This document shows, in pieces, positions 59,763 to 64,000 of a stretch of DNA of 64,000 bases (the first letter of the stretch is position 1; each line of letters opens with the position of its first letter). The position numbers and the translations under genes are program-made. The notes beneath the pieces are model-generated. The model was not told where the DNA came from. It saw nothing but the letters and a program-made list of their open reading frames with translations, and did no database searches. The stretch covers positions 32,001 through 96,000 of the forward strand of contig JABLTJ010000004.1 in assembly GCA_013166775.1 (NCBI GenBank), written 5' to 3'. The DNA comes from Promethearchaeati archaeon. Its GTDB lineage: Archaea > Asgardarchaeota > Heimdallarchaeia > Heimdallarchaeales > Heimdallarchaeaceae.

Positions 59763-60908
59763 TCACCAATACCACATTTGACATTTTACAAGTACATTTC
59801 GTACCATTAGTATGTGAGTCACAGAGATGTATGAAGATTCTGGCATCTGGGAGATAGGACCATATGTACCTCCCAGGTTTTCGGTTAAGAACATAGGAAT
59901 TCCAATGAAACCAGCGCGATACTCTGTACCTTCTCTTTCTTGTACAACTACAACTGCTACTCCATCAGCGGGTGCAGGGATGTTCTCTGCTAAATAGATT
60001 TGCCCTTCATTGTTATTTACTTGTGCCAATGAAGTTGTACGATGAGTTATGTCAATATCACCATAAGGAAATAAGACGAATGCTTGAGCTTCGTCACTTA
60101 ATTGAGTGCGTGCAACACTAATGTCAACTGCACTAGTTTTCGATGCTGTATTTTCTCTAACAAAGGGATTAAGAACAAATTCTGATTGGAAATACTCTAA
60201 TCCGGATGCTTCTTTTTCCATTCTTAAAACTGTATAGTCTTGGTATATTCCACCAACTTGTGCAAATGCAACAATACTATAATATCCTGTTGTATTAACA
60301 TTTATCACCGATTTGAAGCTAACAACTCCAGAAATATCCTTTGTTTGTGTGTAATTCAATGCAACATTGTTGTTAGCATCAATTGAAAATACCCAGACAT
60401 CTGCATCTTTTATTGGAGTTTGATATTCAGTTACCATACCATTTATTGTTATTTTATCAAACGCTATTTGGACACTGTTAAGAGATATCGTTATAGGAGA
60501 GTAGATCTCCAATGCAAAATCTTGAATCAAAGCAAATGAAGTCTTTGTTTTAATATAATCTATTTGCCAAAAATCCATTATCCCTGAGGTTAATCTATTA
60601 ATTTTAGTAAAATCCAAGCTTTCTTGATTACCCAATAAACCCACTCTAAAATCTGATAAATAACTAATTCCTCTACTTCCCCAATTGGTTGGATATCCTT
60701 GAGAATAGAAGATATTACTATATAATGTGTCCAAATCTTGCTCTTGAGAATAAGTTTCCATTTGTACAAGAGAGGGGATCAAGAGGTTTGAAAGGACTAT
60801 TATTATTTGACTAAATGCTATGATGAAAATCAACATAGCTAAAGCGAAGTCTATACCTCTTACTTGTCCTCTACGGTTTCTGGCAAATTTATGAAGATTA
60901 AACGCCAA
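59763..60908 (-). CDS. Large minor pilin-like protein (class III signal peptide)
   Basis: RNRRG/QVRGIDFALAMLIF, then the S.GYP.NW...VGL motif seen in archaeal minor pilins; Ig-like beta region. Confidence 0.8.
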   Translation of the reverse strand: MAFNLHKFARNRRGQVRGIDFALAMLIFIIAFSQIIIVLSNLLIPSLVQMETYSQEQDLDTLYSNIFYSQGYPTNWGSRGISYLSDFRVGLLGNQESLDFTKINRLTSGIMDFWQIDYIKTKTSFALIQDFALEIYSPITISLNSVQIAFDKITINGMVTEYQTPIKDADVWVFSIDANNNVALNYTQTKDISGVVSFKSVINVNTTGYYSIVAFAQVGGIYQDYTVLRMEKEASGLEYFQSEFVLNPFVRENTASKTSAVDISVARTQLSDEAQAFVLFPYGDIDITHRTTSLAQVNNNEGQIYLAENIPAPADGVAVVVVQEREGTEYRAGFIGIPMFLTENLGGTYGPISQMPESSYISVTHILMVRNVLVKCQMWYW

Positions 60909-60922
60909 TTTTCTATTCTCCT

Positions 60923-61342
60923 TTATTCTTCTCCTTCGTCACCAAGAATTCTTTCTTCTAATAATGATTTAATCTCTACAAGTGTAGCTTCTAATTCTAC
61001 TAATTCCATTCCTTTATCAAGCAGATTTGAAGCTCTTATTTGCATTTCATCAGCTTTTTTAATCCTCTCAGAGACCAAATCCTCCACTTTTTCATTCAAA
61101 GCAGCTAAGTCACTTCTTGTACTCATCTCTTGTTCTATTTTTTCAATTCTATCTTCAAGAGGACCTAAGTCAACAGATACGGAACCTACTACACCTTCAG
61201 AATCCCCACTTACAGCCGGAGTAACACCTTTATCTAGTGTTCCCATTATCCTTACTACATTGAAACTTACTTGGTTCACTAACCGTTTTATTTCATCTAC
61301 TTCATCTTTTAAGGATTTGACATCATCTTCTAATTTACCCAT
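60923..61342 (-). CDS. Soluble acidic coiled-coil protein in pilus operon
   Basis: Two heptad-repeat segments joined by a G/S/V/P linker; GGTGA RBS; co-oriented between the TadC-like genes and pilins. Confidence 0.7.
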   Translation of the reverse strand: MGKLEDDVKSLKDEVDEIKRLVNQVSFNVVRIMGTLDKGVTPAVSGDSEGVVGSVSVDLGPLEDRIEKIEQEMSTRSDLAALNEKVEDLVSERIKKADEMQIRASNLLDKGMELVELEATLVEIKSLLEERILGDEGEE

Positions 61343-61363
61343 ATGATTTCACCTATTTCAACA

Positions 61364-62314
61364 TCATATATTTAGCGTTATAAGTGGATTATCAGGTTGA
61401 ATTAATATCTTAAAAGCAAACCATCCAATGAACATTAGAACTACAGAATGCATTAGACCAGATTTTACTGACATTTTAGACATTTTACCAGCTACTAAAC
61501 CAGAGAAAAATCCTTGTACAGCTAACATATGGAGGAACAGTACTTCTAAAGTGTCCAAATCTATCTCTAAAAGGAATATTCCTGCAGTTTGTTCTTGTGA
61601 TATATTAGCAGATCCAAAAGGTATGAAAAATGATAGAAATAGAATTACTACTACTAGTATGAATATAAGAAATGCTGCGTAAACTATGTAAACGTAAGGT
61701 TTCATTGCACCTTCTCTTTCCTTCTTGAGATCTAGCAAACTTTGAACGTATTTCTCTGTTGCCTCAAAAATCTCTTCAAGGTTTCCACCTGATCTTTCTG
61801 CTTCTAATATTAATAAAGCTGCTCTCTTAGCTAAAGGTGTATTTATCGAATCTTGAAAATCTTCCATTGCTTTGCTAAAAGGAATACCCCAAGATATTTT
61901 GCTTGACATTTTTCTTAGTTCAGGTGTTAATGGACCATAATGTCTTTTTGCAGATTCTTGGATAGCTCTTGGGAGACTCATACCAGTTCTTTGAGCGTTA
62001 CTAATTTCTCTCAACAGATAAGGTAGATTTTCATCTATTCTTGATTGTCTCCTCTCTTCTCTATAAATTATAAGAAAAGTTGGAATTCCTACCATAACAA
62101 TTATCGCTAGTATCACAAAATCATTGATATCCAGAATTGTAATGAAATCCCTAATTGTTTCTCCTGTATTTGGATCTACTTCTGTGCTTACTAAGTCTAT
62201 TATACCCAAAGTAACTAGAAGAACTGCTGATACTCCAGCTATTATCCAATATATAGTATCTTGAGTTATTTGAAACTCCCTTGTCTTTACTTCTACTTCA
62301 TCACTTATTGCCAT
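61364..62314 (-). CDS. Type II secretion F / TadC-like pilus platform membrane protein
   Basis: IDENLPYLLREI...TGMSLPRAI...YGPLTPEL...WG, EAERSGG, QGFFSGLVAGKM. Confidence 0.9.
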   Translation of the reverse strand: MAISDEVEVKTREFQITQDTIYWIIAGVSAVLLVTLGIIDLVSTEVDPNTGETIRDFITILDINDFVILAIIVMVGIPTFLIIYREERRQSRIDENLPYLLREISNAQRTGMSLPRAIQESAKRHYGPLTPELRKMSSKISWGIPFSKAMEDFQDSINTPLAKRAALLILEAERSGGNLEEIFEATEKYVQSLLDLKKEREGAMKPYVYIVYAAFLIFILVVVILFLSFFIPFGSANISQEQTAGIFLLEIDLDTLEVLFLHMLAVQGFFSGLVAGKMSKMSVKSGLMHSVVLMFIGWFAFKILIQPDNPLITLNI

Positions 62315-62322
62315 TTTTTCAC

Positions 62323-63186
62323 CTACATTTCTGGTTGTTGTGCATCGATAAGCAAAATTATTGTCATTTCAGCCACAGGAATTATGACATATACTAATAC
62401 AGCCATTAAAACTGTCGAATTTCCCTCTGATCCACCTAACATTGACATCATAGCTAATATAACTATGAAGAATATTGGTGCAACTACTCCCAAGACCATG
62501 AATAATTCTGCCATTAAGCCTAACGATTCTATAAAATTCTTCTCGCTTTGCACTTTATCATTCATGAGAGATTCAGTTGAAACTTCAAGATATCTTTGTA
62601 ATTCTCCACCAGATGTAAAGGTTCCAACTATTCCTTCAAGAAAACTTGAGTATTTGGGGGAAGGAGATCTTAATGATGCTTCACTTAAAGCATGAACTAT
62701 ATCATATCCAAAGACATGAATGTCTCTTGATATCTTTTTAGCATCTTTCACAATAGCTTTTCCCATAGATTCTTTAGTCAAAGCTAGAAATATTCTATCT
62801 GGTGTAACTCCAGCTGAAGACATTGCTGTCATATAACTTGAAGCTGTTGGTAAAGCGGCTTCTAGCTTTCTCTTTCGTTCTCCTACCAAATAGCTAGGAT
62901 AAATCCACGTATAGACGAACATTCCTATGAAAACCATAACTGGAAGTAAGAATACTAAAACCCAGGAAAATGTAGGAACAGCTATTCTAACAGCTATTAA
63001 AAGGACTAAAGATACAACAGCGATAATAACTGCCCAGAAAATCCTCACACTCAGATACATTCTTAGACTTTGTTCAAGTCCAGCCTTTCTGAGCGTAACT
63101 TTTAAACCTTCAAATTCTGCAAGATAAGGTTCAACAATTCTACCTACGAATGAATAAGCAAACGATTCCACTATTTTTGAGCTCAT
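62323..63186 (-). CDS. Type II secretion F / TadB/TadC-like pilus platform membrane protein
   Basis: LRKAG, RKRKLEAALP, MSSAGV, FGYDIVHAL, RSPS, SGGEL, LGLMAELF. Confidence 0.9.
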   Translation of the reverse strand: MSSKIVESFAYSFVGRIVEPYLAEFEGLKVTLRKAGLEQSLRMYLSVRIFWAVIIAVVSLVLLIAVRIAVPTFSWVLVFLLPVMVFIGMFVYTWIYPSYLVGERKRKLEAALPTASSYMTAMSSAGVTPDRIFLALTKESMGKAIVKDAKKISRDIHVFGYDIVHALSEASLRSPSPKYSSFLEGIVGTFTSGGELQRYLEVSTESLMNDKVQSEKNFIESLGLMAELFMVLGVVAPIFFIVILAMMSMLGGSEGNSTVLMAVLVYVIIPVAEMTIILLIDAQQPEM

Positions 63187-63488
63187 TATAATTTCCTCGA
63201 GTTTATGTCTTTGAATCTACTCTACAAAAGTATATTGTAGAATGACTATTTAACATTTGCTCGTGTAAAGTTTAACAAACAAATATTAGAAACTTTTTCT
63301 AGATGCAAATCGAAATATATTAAAAATTATTTAAAAATATAAAGTGATTTTAGATTTAAAGTTGTACATCAATATACTTCTTCTTTTTTATTGAAATAGG
63401 CTTTAAAACGTGGAAAAGGACAGAATTCATTACTCTAAAGATGAGACTATCGCCAAGTATAAAAATGATAATTAATAATTCCACTTGT

Positions 63489-64000
63489 ATGAGTCTTTAT
63501 ATTATCCAGCCTACTGGAGAAATGACTGAATGTGAGAATAAAGAAGTTGCTCTTTCTTCAGACAATGTTTTGCTTGTTATCTCTCATGAACAGAAGAGAA
63601 TCTATACATGGATAGGAAATCAAGCAGCTCCACATTCAAAATTTGCATGTGCTAGAGAAACTGCGCGAATTAGGATGGAACTAGGATATAAAATCATGAA
63701 CTTAGAAGAATCTGAAACAAATAATGAATTTTTAGAAGCTGTTGATGAAGCTTGTAATATAGCAAAAAAACCAACCAAAAAACCAACTCCTGTTAAGAAA
63801 CCAGAACCTACTCCAGAGGCCAAGAAAGATGAAAAAACTAAAACTGAAACCAAACCTAAACCAGCAACAAAAACAGCAGCTGAACCAAAACCAAAAACAA
63901 CTGCAACAAAAACAACAACTAAAACAAAACCAAAAATCGAACCTAAAAAAGATACAACTCGTCGATACAGTAGTACAGCTATTAAAAGTCAAATTGTTGA
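63489..64000 (+). CDS. Gelsolin-like domain protein with Lys/Thr/Pro-rich linker (3' truncated by window; absent from ORF track)
   Basis: Open frame from ATG 63489 to the window end: MSLYIIQPTG...LSSDNVLLVISHEQKRIYTWIGNQA...KFACARETARI...NLEESETNNEF, then KKPTKKPTPVKKPEP low-complexity sequence. Confidence 0.75.
   Translation, partial: MSLYIIQPTGEMTECENKEVALSSDNVLLVISHEQKRIYTWIGNQAAPHSKFACARETARIRMELGYKIMNLEESETNNEFLEAVDEACNIAKKPTKKPTPVKKPEPTPEAKKDEKTKTETKPKPATKTAAEPKPKTTATKTTTKTKPKIEPKKDTTRRYSSTAIKSQIV

Noticed and set aside
60923-61342. Calling the coiled-coil protein a SNARE
   Set aside because: No C-terminal TM and no continuous ~60-aa SNARE motif with a clear zero layer; the similarity is generic heptad composition.
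54785-63186. Calling the pilus locus an archaellum
   Set aside because: No arlF/G/H, a split TadB/TadC-type platform instead of a single ArlJ, and several G/Q-type pilins.
617-63992. Numerous 60-160 aa antisense or alternate-frame ORFs in the track (e.g. 617-877, 12681-13079, 42883-43272, 60864-61346, 62261-62695, 63620-63992)
   Set aside because: They lie opposite or within well-supported genes, have no recognisable motifs and show shadow-ORF composition. The two at 63620-63992 are the reverse complement of the gelsolin gene.
1-64000. tRNA, rRNA, CRISPR arrays, transposases, integrases
   Set aside because: I found no GC-rich cloverleaf or rRNA-like stretch, no regularly spaced repeats and no mobile-element ORFs. 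Intergenic gaps are at most about 350 bp.

Overview
This is an AT-rich (roughly 30% GC by eye), gene-dense archaeal chromosomal segment. It is most likely from an Asgard archaeon (Heimdallarchaeia-like), inferred from an ESCRT-II Vps22/36-like gene, a gelsolin-domain gene missed by the ORF track at the right edge, a longin-like domain protein and GGTGA ribosome-binding sites. Most of the window is housekeeping: pyrG, nurA-herA, Sm, RIO2, DRG GTPase, beta-CASP nuclease, HPS, udp, class II HMG-CoA reductase, rpS17e, iorAB, yggS, class II ribonucleotide reductase and ABC/MFS transporters. I saw no tRNA, rRNA, CRISPR array or transposase. The most striking unexplained element is an intact nuoJ-K-L-N-like membrane-arm operon (28749-33165) whose subunits appear to have lost nearly all conserved proton-translocating charged residues. 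It has no nuoM or redox subunits nearby and is followed by a divergent polyprenyl synthase. Other candidates are a bipartite type IV pilus-like locus divergent from the gelsolin gene, a PIN-TPR-OB protein upstream of a KaiC-like ATPase, a 1050-aa longin-like giant, a canonical plus degenerate inositol-1-phosphate synthase pair, a long structured 5' leader on nrdJ, and a candidate small RNA with anti-Shine-Dalgarno-like repeats. All family assignments come from motif recognition by eye; no searches were run.
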